The position numbers were made by a program, and so were the translations under genes. A stretch of DNA of 63,059 nucleotides, filler included, from Octopus bimaculoides (taxonomy: Eukaryota), in the NCBI RefSeq assembly GCF_001194135.2. It is 7 parts of 7 records of this genome, joined end to end, with 100 filler letters (N's around TTAATTAATTAA, not from the genome) between each part and the next. Parts side by side here need not be neighbours in the genome. Positions count along the whole stretch, not along the records: positions 21,594 to 35,691 come from NC_068990.1; positions 35,792 to 47,722 come from NC_068985.1; 5 more parts are not named here. The stretch is one strand, 5' to 3'. The stretch's first letter is position 1. Every line of letters starts with the position of its first letter. Positions 25,280 through 37,599 of the stretch are shown piece by piece. Below the pieces are notes generated by a model. It was given only the letters and a program-made list of their open reading frames with translations, was not told where the DNA came from and did no database searches.

Positions 25280-25871
25280 GGATCTTTTTTAAAACGGGGG
25301 CCACATTTTTCATTAACGAAACACTTTGACACTTGGAACACTGGTAGAATGTGTCATATAAAACATCCTTTTCTTTTAGTCTTCTTAAAAAAAAAAGAAA
25401 TCCATAAATTATTCCATGTTAAAGTTGTCGTATTTCTGTAATTTCAACCAATCACTGACGTCCATTCAGCCGATATACATTAAGTGCCGACTACATAAAC
25501 AAACAATTCTGAAACAATTAACCCTAACCCTAACCCTAACTCTAACCCTAACCCTAACACTAGGGTTAGGGTTAGGGTTAAGGCAAATTTAAAATGAAAA
25601 AAGCAAATAAAACGAAGGTATGGAGATTAAATACGCTTTACATCGCTTAATGAGCCAAAGGAGTAAATATAAACAACTGAATACTTGTCAGTGATTGGTT
25701 GAAATTATCGAAATAAGACAATTTTTTACATGAAATAAATTCGAATACAAAAATATTTTTCTGTTCTATAACACAAAATAGATAAGTATACGAAGTTTGA
25801 AAGTCTTTCGGTACCAAAAACACTACGTAAAACATTAATGAAAAATGTGACCCCCGTTTTAAAAAAGATCC
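25280..25871. mobile_element. 592-bp non-autonomous DNA transposon (Merlin-like: 5'-GG ends, 8-bp TSD) with internal telomeric repeats
   Basis: 37-bp TIRs with one mismatch (GGATCTTTTTTAAAACGGGGG[C/T]CACATTTTTCATTAA) and TSD aacagaca at 25272-25279 and 25872-25879. There is a sub-terminal inverted repeat of about 55 bp around taatttcaaccaatcactgac, and (TAACCC)~6 then (TAGGGT)~3 at 25519-25583. The superfamily call is inferred. Confidence 0.85.
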
Positions 25872-25935
25872 AACAGACAGACACACACACACATACACAC
25901 ACATAACTATTTACAACGAGCTTCTTTCAGTTTCT

Positions 25936-26165
25936 TATTTCTTTATTGCCCACAAGGGGCTAAACATAGAGGGGACAAACAAGGACAGACAAAGGGGTTA
26001 AGTCTATTACATCGACCCCAGTGCGTAACTGGTACTCAATTTATCGACCCCGATAGGATGAAAGGTAAAGTCGACCTTGGCGGATTTTGAACTGAGAACG
26101 TAATGGCAGACGAAATACCGCTAAGCATTTCGATCGGTGTGCTAACGTTTCTGCCAGCTTGCCAC
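25936..26165 (-). mobile_element. Full-length family-A SINE with a 12-bp TSD
   Basis: ctttcagtttct at 25924-25935 and 26166-26177 flanks the element exactly. Confidence 0.92.
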
Positions 26166-26419
26166 CTTTCAGTTTCTGTCAACCAAATCCACTCACGAGG
26201 CTTTGGTTGGCCTGAGGCTATAGCAGAAGACACTTGCCCAAGGTACCATGCAGTGGGAAAGAATCCGAAAACATGTAGTAGTGAACCAAGCTTCTAACCA
26301 CACAGTCACGCCTCCGCCTCATTTAATTTTATTTGTCTACACCGCAGTTTAACTCTAAACACAAGTTAACAAACGTTTGTTTACAATTCACTGACATTCT
26401 GTGAAAAGTTTAAGATGGA

Positions 26420-26690
26420 ATGAGAGGGGACGATGGACCACATGCCCCAGAACAAATGGTATACCCAGCCGTGCCCCGTGATAATGACCGTGATAGCGTT
26501 GCTGCGGAGAATTATCAGCAACACTCGCTGCAGCAGCCTTTCCAGCTCTCGGGGCTCATTTCTCCGACGGGACGCCGTTAACCCGGTTTTGCGGAGGAAA
26601 TCGGTAGTACGGAGTCCGAGAACAACTGACGTCCCGACGGCGACCGGCACAAACTGGTAGCTGACGGTCAGACCCCCGTATTTATTTTCC
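26420..26690 (-). mobile_element. CRE-clade RLE non-LTR retrotransposon, extreme C-terminal fragment
   Basis: NKYGGLTVSYQFVPVAVGTSVVLGLRTTDFLRKTG...EPRELERLLQRVLLIILRSNA matches KY..L...Y.F.PVAVET.G..G..A..FL..LG...PRE..FL.QR.S.AIQRGNA. The block is GC-rich. Confidence 0.75.
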
Positions 26691-27019
26691 TCAACGAATT
26701 TATATATTATTCGAATCTGAGACCAAACGCCGAAGAATACAAAAAACTTATTAGCAAGCTAAGATCGCGATAATCTTCATCCACTCTGCGAATACCTTCA
26801 GATATGCATGAAAGATATAACTTCACTTTTATGTTGAACTAAAGACTTTAATGTTTCATGCTTCTATAAAAAAAATCTTATTTTGACTTCAGAATTAAAA
26901 CATTGGCAGTTCCACTTTCTTATAGACAAGTCTATGTTATCTTCTAATGTAAACTATCTCAATACATCTTTCTTCTCGTTGGCATATTTAAGTATTAAGT
27001 ATTGATTGCTTCAACATAC

Positions 27020-27092
27020 TCACCACCACCGCCACCGCCACTACCGCCGCCACCGCCACTACCGCCGCCACTGCCACGGCCACCACTACTAT

Positions 27093-27140
<48 letters not shown>
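27020..27140. repeat. Compound trinucleotide repeat grading from (CCG/CCA)n to (CTA)n
   Basis: Direct reading. Confidence 0.9.
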
Positions 27141-27789
27141 AGCATACAACAGTTTGACTATAGACAACATGTAGTCATTGATATGGGAAAGTATAGCAAT
27201 AGAATAGACTCAGGAAAGAGAAGAAAAAAAATCATCAACAAATATAATATTTAAAGGAAGAATATCAAAACTACAAATAAAAATTTCTAAAGAAAATTCG
27301 AAAAACATATAGCTGGAGAAATTTCCAAATTATCATATTTTAAAATGCTGTTTAACCGAAATTGTTATAGTATCTAGTAAAAAGAGTTTATCAATTCACT
27401 CAGCACCAAATATTAAAGAAAAATAATAAAAAGCGATTTTTAGAAAATATATAAATATAAAGAGTCTGAAAATGTATTTCAGAGTAAAAAGGAAGTTCTG
27501 AGTACCGCCTGAAGACATTATTGGTGAAGGTGAATCATAGTCACGTTTTTAGTTACTTGTAAGTTTAAAATACTCTCAGGTATTTCCACCCAAGATTCAA
27601 ATAATATTTTTCATTTTTTTTCTCTTCAAACACACACACACACACACACAGAGGAAGAACAGCTAACAAAATCTACTGCATCAGCCATTTCTATCAAGAC
27701 TTTATATGTGTTTGCGCGCGCGTGTATGAGTTGTGATGCTTACATCACAGTCTAACGAAGGAAAGCATCAATTAAGAAGAGTGAGGACA

Positions 27790-28900
27790 GCAATGGCCTC
27801 AACCGTGACCATCGTGGAAAAGACTGCCTGTTAAATGTTTTTGTGTAATTTTCCGCACCACTGCGTTTCGGGTTGGGGAATGGTTCTACGGTTTATGGCC
27901 AATGCGGAAAGGTTGACTCTGAAGAATGTGTCACAACGCGTGACATCCCAGATGAATGATTTACATCCTTCAAACGGTAAAAAAAAAAGAAAAGGATCAA
28001 GGCCAATAAGCTTCAGTTGTGAAGAGGAACTGGTAATGTTGAGTCTCCTACAACATCGTTCAGTAGGGAGTGGGGAGAGAATCTTCTTGCGCTGTGACAA
28101 CAGAGCAGATGCAGTCTGAATTCATCAATAGTAGCTCCACAGCGATATACGTAGGTAGCTCACATACGTGGGTGCCGGGTTGAGGTAAGTATTATTGTTT
28201 GGTTCCAAGCAGTGTGGAAACAAGCGAGACGGTGTTAGTAGAGGGGAGAACTGGATTCTCATGCTGATGCATCGTCATTTCATATTATCTCACTTCTGTT
28301 CCTGGGAGAGAGTAATACCATCATGAACCCAGTACTTTCTTGTATTAGTGGATATGTGGTCGGATGTGTTACAGAGATGCTTGTGTATCTCTAATGTATC
28401 TGAGTGCATGGTTGGTGGCAATGGAGGAAAGGTGGGCCAGCAGTACCGAGTTGGATGTTGAGCAGAGGCCGAGATGAATTCAAAATATGGAAGAATTGTG
28501 GTGGCGAGTACGTCCAGGCGCCTTGTTTGGAGGTTGCATGGTATACTGTGCAGCAAAAAGAGGGATTTCGGTAGAGCGATGCAATTTTCGAACAGAAAAA
28601 CTGCTGGATGAGAATGAATTAGACTCAATCTGTTGGTCATCTTTGCCAGATTCTCTCGTTTGGTTTCCAAACATTCTTGGACGGCTTTGAGATCCGAGAA
28701 TCGTACCTAGAGTTCAGTCGTACATTGGTCAGGACACACTGAATGAAGCGAACGGCGTATCAAATTGATTTACTTCGGAATTCAAATTTATCACTCGTGA
28801 ATTGTACGAATTTATTTCGTGCCCAAGAAGCAATAAACTGTCATGAACACAGACTATAAAGTTGATTTTTGCCGACCTTCGCAGACGTCCGAGTGGGCAC
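27790..28900 (-). mobile_element. CRE-clade non-LTR retrotransposon relic (late RT region, zinc finger, RLE), heavily decayed
   Basis: Fragments across frameshifts: KRENLAKMTNRLSLIHSHPAVFLFENCIALPKSLFLLHSIPC (H.A..LL..C..LPKL.YLLR..P), RCGATIDEFRLHLLCCHSARRFSPHSLLNDVV (C.CG..D..G.H.L.C..SAGR..RH..LND), and LPFEGCKSFIWDVTRCDT (PW..GK.L.WD.T..DT). Confidence 0.75.
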
Positions 28901-31090
28901 GACGTTCTCCGCTCTCGCAAGCTTCTGTGTATTCTTGAGCACGTTACCAACACAATCCTTTGCCAGTCATTCTAATGATTATATGCGATTGCAAGGCAGT
29001 CATGACATCATACCTGCATTTATGCATTATGTTGAAACCAGCCCAACCTTGAATAGACATTTTCTTTGCATGCTGCATTACAATATTTTCATCCTGCTAT
29101 TTCGATATATGTATTTGTAATGCACGAACGTCTTTTCATAACTAGTGCGATACAATAAATCTTGTCCAAACTTTTGCTCGGTGTTGCCTAATTATTATAC
29201 ACAACTAATTACAACTCATTTCAGTAACATTGGCACACTTTTCAAGCGACAATTCAAAACTTTCGACGCTAGAAATGGTAGTCAAGACAAACAACAACAG
29301 ATTCATTTTAAAGTTAATATGGTGACTTGGTTTAATGTGGGAACAACACGCAGCCTAACCAAATATCCCAATCTCACATCAAATCGCACCATACAAACCC
29401 GTACGTTTCTGTTCCTAAGAGAACAGAGTTCTGATTTTCTATTTAACATTAATTTTCATTTTCCCTCCCACATTTTTCTTTCGATCTCAAACACTTTCTC
29501 TTACTCTTCATGTCTTCAGCAATCCAAAATATATTCTAAAATTTTGCTTGCCCTAAAATATTAGAGCATCTATTAAAACTATTATGCCAATCGACCAAAA
29601 AATATATACATTAAAAAAAATTTCATTTAAAACTAAGTAGTGCTAATTCAGATGTTCGAGTTTCATTTCATTGTCTAAAGTAAATTAATTCCAATTTAAG
29701 GAATTTTAAGTTAATGTTAGCTCACATCACTTGATCTCACCATAAAAGCTAATCTTTACTAATGATTTACAACACGAAGTGAGTGTATATTTAACCAAAT
29801 GTTGACATTAAACAATCACACGTTTCACTTCTTTGTAGTTCTGAGTTCTCAAGTAGTTGGGAATATCAATAATCATATAGGTCAGCAGGAGGTGAAATAT
29901 ATTTAGATATTTTATACTGGCACTAGAACTTAGAACTCTCTTGAGAAGAGGAACTTCTGATTGCATTAAGGAAACGTTTGTTAAAATCCACACTGAGTTA
30001 TGTTGTTATTTAATGAGAAAATATTTATTTTAGTGGTTAGAATCTTCCCACTTTCCCTCAAATCCAAGCTAAATGTTCATGCTTTATGGTTTTGTAATAA
30101 ATCTTGTTTAGAGTTTCTATTTTAACAAGTGTTTCCCTAAAAGCACCCACAAGTTCCCCTTCACTATATAGTTCTTGAGCTCCATACTAATGTAAGTTAT
30201 CTAAACACATTTCACTCCTCATTAATCTATCTTATCACTGTTTCAACATCACCATCATTAATGCGATCTTGTACACATTAGACCGCGTTAGAACTACGTA
30301 GAATCATTGATAAAGTAAAAACAGAACTATAGAATGAATGATCTTCGATAAAGACACAATTATTGAATAGATATATACGAACTTATTAAAGTGAGGCTAT
30401 TATAACAGCCATTAAAGCTATTATACAAATCATCTCTGCGCTAAATCAAAATATAAACACTGAATCAAAATATAAACAATTTCTTATAAGACCATGAAGC
30501 ATGAAATATTATTTCAGAGAAATACGGAAGATGTGTGCTTGATGCTTTTCTCATGATATTAGTGGTGATGGAAATCATGGTTTCGATCAGCTTACCATAA
30601 TCTCCAGTATAATTCTTACGATTATATAATATTTCTGAAAATATTAAGAAAAATGTTAACGCTATAAGAATCCTTGCTGACAATTTTAGACTGTTATTCT
30701 GTAACTTTAAAGAAATTTATTCCAAATAATATGTTAAATGTTGATACTTTGCATCATAGCAAAAGGAATTGTTAAGAAAAAAAATTAAATATCGTGCGTG
30801 GACGCACAAATTCACACACACACACACACACACACACGCACATACACAAGATTACATCATCCATTGTGTCCCTTTTCAAAAGAAGGCGGGAAGTGATTTA
30901 AGGAATATTTCGGATGCTATTTCTAGCAAATCATCCAACCGCGTTGAGGTTTCCCCACAAGTCTTGAAGTCAGAACTTTCTAGCTGATCTCCGTATGTAT
31001 AATCTTTCGAACAAAATCAATTCGATTAGCTACTCCACTGATCAATCTACATCTGTGTTGTTGGTATTTTCTTCCTATCTACTTTAGAAG

Positions 31091-31170
31091 GGCCTTAAGC
31101 TTGACCATAACCCTTTAGCATTTAAACTGACCGTATTTGACCCAAATATTCTACTTGCTTTATGTTAAAA
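31091..31170. mobile_element. Possible end of a piggyBac-like MITE
   Basis: ataa|ccctttagcatttaaac... gives a CCCTT terminus beside a TTAA-like site. No partner end was found. Confidence 0.4.
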
Positions 31171-31659
31171 CTGGCCAATAGTATTTTTATTAATCAAATT
31201 ATTGTGATTATCATTAAGAATTTTGGGGTTCCCTATTTTTACACCTCTAGTTACGTCACTCGCGAGCTGCATTTGTGTTTGGAAAGGGCTGCATGTTGCC
31301 TGCGGGCTGCGTGTTTGAAATGCCTGAGTTAAGGTGTTCCTTAATAGGGGAGAGTCATCACATCAAATTTCATCTTCATTTACATTTATCCCCCCCCCCC
31401 CACTATCACAGAATAGTAAAAAGCATTCGTTACCTCTACGCCTTCGATGATAAATCTTATTTTAATTTATCGATGGAAAATGACCACAATTCTAAGTTTG
31501 GCACATGGCCAGCAATTTTAAAGAGAAAGTTAAGCCGAGTTCATTGACCCTAGTGCTTAGCGGTATTTACTTTATTGACCCCCAAAAGGGAATGAAAGAC
31601 CAAGTCGACGGAATTTGAACTCCAAATGTAAAGAGAGAAGAAATGTCGCGAAGCATTCT

Positions 31660-32415
31660 ATCGTCTTCTTCGCAGCCATGCTGAAACACGCATTTGGAAT
31701 ATTAACTGATGATGTCTACCTCATCCCCAGATCAGATGGCAAATTGTTTAGTGCATCCTCCACATTTGTCAGGCTCACAAAGTCTGGGAAAACAGAAAAC
31801 TGGCCACAACCACTAAGGTTGCTGTCTATAAGTCGTGCGTCCTTAGCACACTACTCTACGGCAGTGAGACATGAAGCCTCTACTCCAGACAGGAGCGGCG
31901 TCTCAACGTCTTCCATCTTCGTTATCTGAGATACATCTTGGGTATAAAGTGGATCGAACGAATCACCAACACTGAAGTTCATAACCTCGCCAAGATATCC
32001 CTGCTCCAGTAGGGCCGTCTGCGCTGGCTCGATCACATGCCGGACAGGAGGATCCCAAAAGACCTCCTGTATGAAGAATTGGCCACCAGCACAAGAACAC
32101 GAGGACGACTTCATCTTTGTTTCGAGGACATCTGCAAGAGAGATATGATGACAATAGATCTGGAGACAAATACTGCGAAAGGGGATGAAGCGAAGGGAAG
32201 AGAAACTGGAACTTGCCACCAAGGAAAAGCGCACCCGAAGGTAGGAAAAGCCAGTAGCGTCGGTAGAGAGTTTCTTCAAATGCAGTTGCTGTATACATGA
32301 CTGCCACTCCTATGTAGACCTGTGCAGCCCCACAGACGCTGCATCACCATCAGCAACTAACACAAATTCTCCAGGCGCAGATCCATGGTCCCTCGAGATT
32401 GACGGATGTCTATGA
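31660..32415 (+). mobile_element. RTE-BovB-type LINE, internally deleted 3' fragment
   Basis: FFAAMLKHAFGILTDDVYLIPRSDGKLF joined to STLLYGSET*SLYSRQERRLNVFHLRYLRYILGIKW..RITNTEV and DRRIPKDLLYEELATSTRTRGRLHLCFEDICKRDM. It ends caggcgcagatccatggtccctcgagattgacggatg. Confidence 0.88.
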
Positions 32416-32639
32416 GACCCTTTGACACATTTGTTTCAGCAAATGTGTCAAAGTGCCAAAGTTTAAGTATTAATCTAAGGTAACATTTTATATTGAAAGT
32501 TCTTGAATTATTGAGTTTCTCAAGTATGTAAAAATTAATATTAGCTTGATGAAGAAATTCTCACAGTAAGCAACTGGAACCCTAATGTTAAGAAACTCTG
32601 CAATGCAATTCATCTGTTTGGAAAAAAACATTTTCACCA

Positions 32640-32820
32640 TAGATGCTGGTATGACTGCGTGGTTAAGAAGCTGGCTTTTCAACCACATAGTTTCAGGTTC
32701 AGTCCTACTGCACAGTGGCTCCTTGGGCAAGTATTTTCTACTATAGCCTCGGGTCGAATATATTCCTGTGTGAGGAATTTGGTCGACGGAAACTCCAGAA
32801 GCCCGTCGTATACACACACA

Positions 32821-32868
<48 letters not shown>

Positions 32869-32879
32869 CGTGCGTGCGA

Positions 32880-32932
<53 letters not shown>

Positions 32933-33150
32933 TGTGTGTGTGTGTGTATCTTTGTGGCTTTGTTTGCACCCCACCATCACTTGACAGCCGGTGATTTTGT
33001 TTATGTCTTAGTAACTTAAGGATTCGGGAAGAGAGCCGATAGAATAAACACCAGACTTAAAAACAAGTATTGAAGTCGATTTGTTCGACTAAAACCCCTC
33101 AAGATGGTACCCCAGAATGGCTGCTGTCCATTGACTAAAATAAGTAAAAA
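32640..33150 (+). mobile_element. Full-length family-B SINE with a long internal (TG)n
   Basis: gactgcgtggttaagaagctggcttttcaaccacatagtttcaggttcagtcctactgcac...ccttgggcaag head and CORE-like region, plus the 3' part. Confidence 0.9.
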
Positions 33151-34064
33151 ATAAAAACATGAAATTATTAATGTTTGTAAATCAGTTGTAGCGCTTATCC
33201 TCGGAAAACCTGTATAATCTTGACTCATTAATATCCCTTAGAGAGGGGAGGCTGGTAAGCATGGGTGACTGCTGATCTTCCACAGACAACCTTGCCCGGA
33301 CTTGTGCCTTGAATGGTAACTTTCTAGAAGCAACCCCAAGGTCATTCATACCCTTTGCCCTTTACCCTAATATTAGATGAATGACTCTTTAATTCATAAT
33401 ATTTTTGATGCAAATTTCCGTCTTCAAATCCCACAAGAAACAATATTTTTCTCATTTTGTATAAAAAATTCAAACCGTGAACGTAAGTTATGTAAACGGA
33501 AAAATCTTCCGGTTATCTTTCGAACCTAGGGATCAATAATATTCTTTTAAGATGCGATAAATTTCCTCTTCGGCAGTCAATCCGGCATCAGCTGCATTTT
33601 TATCGTGTATTTATCAACGAAGAATTGTTCTTCTTTCTCATTGATTCTTATTCATTTCCAGTGCTTGTGACAAAACTTTCTGTGATTCTGCCAATTTATC
33701 TTCCGAAGAATCAAAATCAGCAGCTGTTTCCCTAAAATTCATTTCTGATCCCTGAAGACATTGTTGCAGTCAACTGATAGATGATAAATGATTTCTTCAA
33801 AATGCATAAGTTCAGGAAAATCAAGCGTAAGCCGAAGTTAAAAATATGCATAATACATTTGGTTGTAGTTTTGTTGTTGAATTTCTCTTACACTAAAATG
33901 GCGGCATATGAACTTAGAATGTAAAGAGCCAAAAGAAATGCTGGTAAGAAGTTTTTGTCCGACGTGCTAATGATTCTATTAGCTTACGCACTTACTCTCA
34001 ACGGAGATATTTAAAAAAAAACAAAGAGGCTGAAGCCATGACCGGCTCTGTGCGCACAAATAAT

Positions 34065-34330
34065 ATATTACTATCTCGTATTAATGGAGGACAGTTGTAG
34101 TAATATCCGAGTGAGGAGTATAACTAATAGTTTTAAATTTTGGCACAAGACCAGCAATTTTTGGAGGAAGAGGAAGTATTCGATTCCATTGACGCCAGAA
34201 TTTGACTGATACTTCATTTTAACGACTCCGAAAGGATGAAAGGCAAAATCGACCTCGGTGGGACTTGATTTCAGAACGTAAAGAGCCGGAAGAAATTTCG
34301 TTAAGCATTTTGTTCGACGCGTTAAGTATC
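34065..34330 (-). mobile_element. Family-A SINE (ttgctggccttgtgccaaaattt-tail subfamily)
   Basis: Reverse complement of the family-A body. Confidence 0.8.
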
Positions 34331-34507
34331 CTGCCAGCTCTAACAAGCATTATAAACCTGATGAAATTTTACTCACCTTTATACTTGCATCCAGGTAAAC
34401 TGTCCCTCCTGCTCTTTAGGGTGAACCGTATTTACTACAAAGCAAAAGGCTCACAGTCTATGGAATGAACGTGTTTTTAGTTACTAGCTATCATTATTTA
34501 GTGATTG

Positions 34508-34950
34508 GAAGGCGGCGAGCTGGCAAAGTCAGTAGCGGTAGCACGCCGGACAAAATGCTTAGCGGCATTTCGTCCGTCTTTACGTTATTACTTCAAATTC
34601 CGTTGAGGTCGGCTTTGACTTTCATCCTTTCGGGGTCGACAAAATAAGTACCAGTTGAGCACTGGGGGACGATGTAATCGACTTACCCCTCCCCACAAAT
34701 TTCAGACCTTGTACCTATAGTAGAGAGATTATTTAGTGATTAGAAGGCAGCGAGTTGACAGAGTCGGTAGTACGCCGAACAAAATGCTTAGCAACACTTC
34801 GTCCGTCTTCACATTCTGAATTCAAATTCCGGAGGTCGGCTTTGCTTTCATCCTTTCAGGATCGATAAAATAAGTACCAGTTGAGCACTGAGGGATGATG
34901 TAATCCACTTACCCCATCTCCCGAAATTGCTGGCCTTGTGCCAAAATTTT
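34508..34950 (+). mobile_element. Two head-to-tail family-A SINEs (34508-34727 and 34744-34950)
   Basis: Two complete bodies with different 3' tails, each preceded by attatttagtgatt.gaaggc. Confidence 0.88.
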
Positions 34951-35597
34951 AAATCATTGTTTATTAATTGGTTATGAAGACTGAATATTATTATTACGTA
35001 CACTGAAGCATGTGATTAAAGAATGAAAGCGTTTCAATATCAGCGTTTATTGGGTCTTTTAAAAGCAAACAGTTCTGGTATAATACATGAAGTTATGTTC
35101 CTAATATTTTTTATGATCAAGTATTATCAGTGGGTTGTTGCTGCTGGTTAGAGTTAATCCATAAAATTCTTAACGCATTCAATGCTGTGATGATCATTGT
35201 GAGATACAGCGTTACAATGTAGAAATGACTATAGTACTCCATCATTGGTTCCTCAACGACCTTTAACATGGCCGTTGATTTTCAGCTTTTACAATTTTTT
35301 TTTTACTATAAAATCAAATATCGATTTTAAAATCTTTAAGCAACAAGCAGTAAATTTTTTTGTTATATGATTAATCAATCGATAAATTAAATTATAATAG
35401 AATTAAGTTAGTGATGGTGAAAAAGTATTTGTTAGAATTTTACTATAAAAATTAAAATGTTCATTTTATGTATCAAATTAGAGAAGGTAAATTCAGGGAA
35501 AAGGTGGTGTGGTGACGGGGTGTAAGAAGTACAGGATATCTCCTCTCTTCCCTATGCTACATAACAAAAACTATCTCCGCCTGAGAGAGAGAGGGGG

Positions 35598-35642
<45 letters not shown>

Positions 35643-35791
35643 AGGGAGAAAGAGAGAGAGAGAGAGAGAGGGAGGGAGAAAGAGAGAGAGANNNNNNNNN
35701 NNNNNNNNNNNNNNNNNNNNNNNNNNNNNNNNNNNTTAATTAATTAANNNNNNNNNNNNNNNNNNNNNNNNNNNNNNNNNNNNNNNNNNNN

Positions 35792-35825
<34 letters not shown>

Positions 35826-36644
35826 TATAACTTCTATTGTAAATTGTAATGGTGGAGAGATGAGATAAAGGGAAAAGAAACAAAGAAAAACGATAAAGAA
35901 AACGAAAAGTTTGAAAAGGAGAGAAAGCATTAATGTATTCATATATGTGTGTGCGAGTGTATACATCTAGAGGACGAGAGAGAAGAGAGACAAAGAAAGA
36001 AAGAAAGAAAGAGAGGGAGGGGGAGGGAGAGAAAGCGACAGGGATAGATATCTAACCATCTGTCTACTCAAATTCACCAAATATGAGAATGCAAGAGATA
36101 GATGAAAAGCGATGGTACAGAGGTAGTTGAATTGGGAAACAATAATTCGCATAATATCAGTTGAGTAAAGAGAAAAAAAGAAGTGGGGAAAATTAAGGAT
36201 GTGAAGTTACAATGTGTACGAAATTATACAGACAAAATGTTCATAGAGTGTAAACTAGATTGATTACAAAATTACTAATGCAAAGAGTTTTATCTGCGCC
36301 GAGTAATTTTGTTTAAAACATACATTCATACATACGTAACGTAGATATATATAAATACATAGACACGCGCATAGCTTTGAAAGGTCTGCAGAGTGACTCT
36401 CACACACGCATACACTTGTCAGAATGTGCTAACATACGTATACACACGCACAATTCCATATAAGCACAGATCTATCTATCTATCTATCTATCAAATTATC
36501 TATCAACCTATCTATCTTCATATGTGTGTGTGTGTGTGTGTGTGTGTGCGTGCGTGCGTGTATGTGTGTGCGTGTGTATGTATGTATATGTATATATATG
36601 TATATTCCTATATGTGAGTGTATATGTATATATATAAATGTGTG

Positions 36645-36684
<40 letters not shown>

Positions 36685-37599
36685 NNNNNNNNNNNNNNNN
36701 NNNNNNNNNNNNNNNNNNNNNNNNNNNNNNNNNNNNNNNNNNNNNNNNNNNNNNNNNNNNNNNNNNNNNNNNNNNNNNNNNNNNNNNNNNNNNNNNNNNN
36801 NNNNNNNNNNNNNNNNNNNNNNNNNNNNNNNNNNNNNNNNNNNNNNNNNNNNNNNNNNNNNNNNNNNNNNNNNNNNNNNNNNNNNNNNNNNNNNNNNNNN
36901 NNNNNNNNNNNNNNNNNNNNNNNNNNNNNNNNNNNNNNNNNNNNNNNNNNNNNNNNNNNNNNNNNNNNNNNNNNNNNNNNNNNNNNNNNNNNNNNNNNNN
37001 NNNNNNNNNNNNNNNNNNNNNNNNNNNNNNNNNNNNNNNNNNNNNNNNNNNNNNNNNNNNNNNNNNATATACCTACATACATACATAAATATATTTTATG
37101 CTTACTTGCAAATTTTATGATGTGAACTCTTGTGTTAAGAAGTATTTCTTTTCCAATTCTTTTATTATTAATCGTCAGCTTGTTAACCATTTAACTAATT
37201 AACTAATCGAATGTTTGATATCTCGTTCAGTTAATCAGAATGAAGTTTCGAATGGTGATGAAAAGACTCTGAAGCTAGCTGATTGACTGATTGATCGAAC
37301 TATTAATCAAATCATTAATTAGTTAATTGATTGAATAGCTAACTAGTTGACTCATTACAACAACAAAAGAAGGAAAACAGAAGCAGTTCGTGTGGTTTAT
37401 TTCGGCATAAAGCCCCTCCCAAAATACAATATATATGTGTGCAAGCGGATGAGTAGTTATAGGTATATGTATATTTGTTTATATACATGTGTGTGAGTGT
37501 GTGTGTGTGGGTGTGTACATGCGCATGTAAGAGTAACACTATGCAGAAAATGGAAGAATATCTTAAAATATACCGATGAGAGTCGCTGCGTCTCGTACC

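Larger units (their letters stand above)
25075..26320 (-). mobile_element. Family-B SINE split into three pieces by two later insertions
   Basis: Pieces 25075-25279, 25872-25935 and 26166-26320 join into one continuous family-B copy once both inserts and one copy of each TSD are removed. Confidence 0.85.

Noticed and set aside
25519-25583. Telomere fusion scar
   Set aside because: The order is CCCTAA then TTAGGG (fusions give the reverse), the array is very short, and it lies inside a TIR element.
30465-30683. Signal-peptide-like ORF MSARILIALTFFLIFSEILY...
   Set aside because: It starts at TTG rather than ATG in AT-rich sequence, and the hydrophobicity is explained by base composition.
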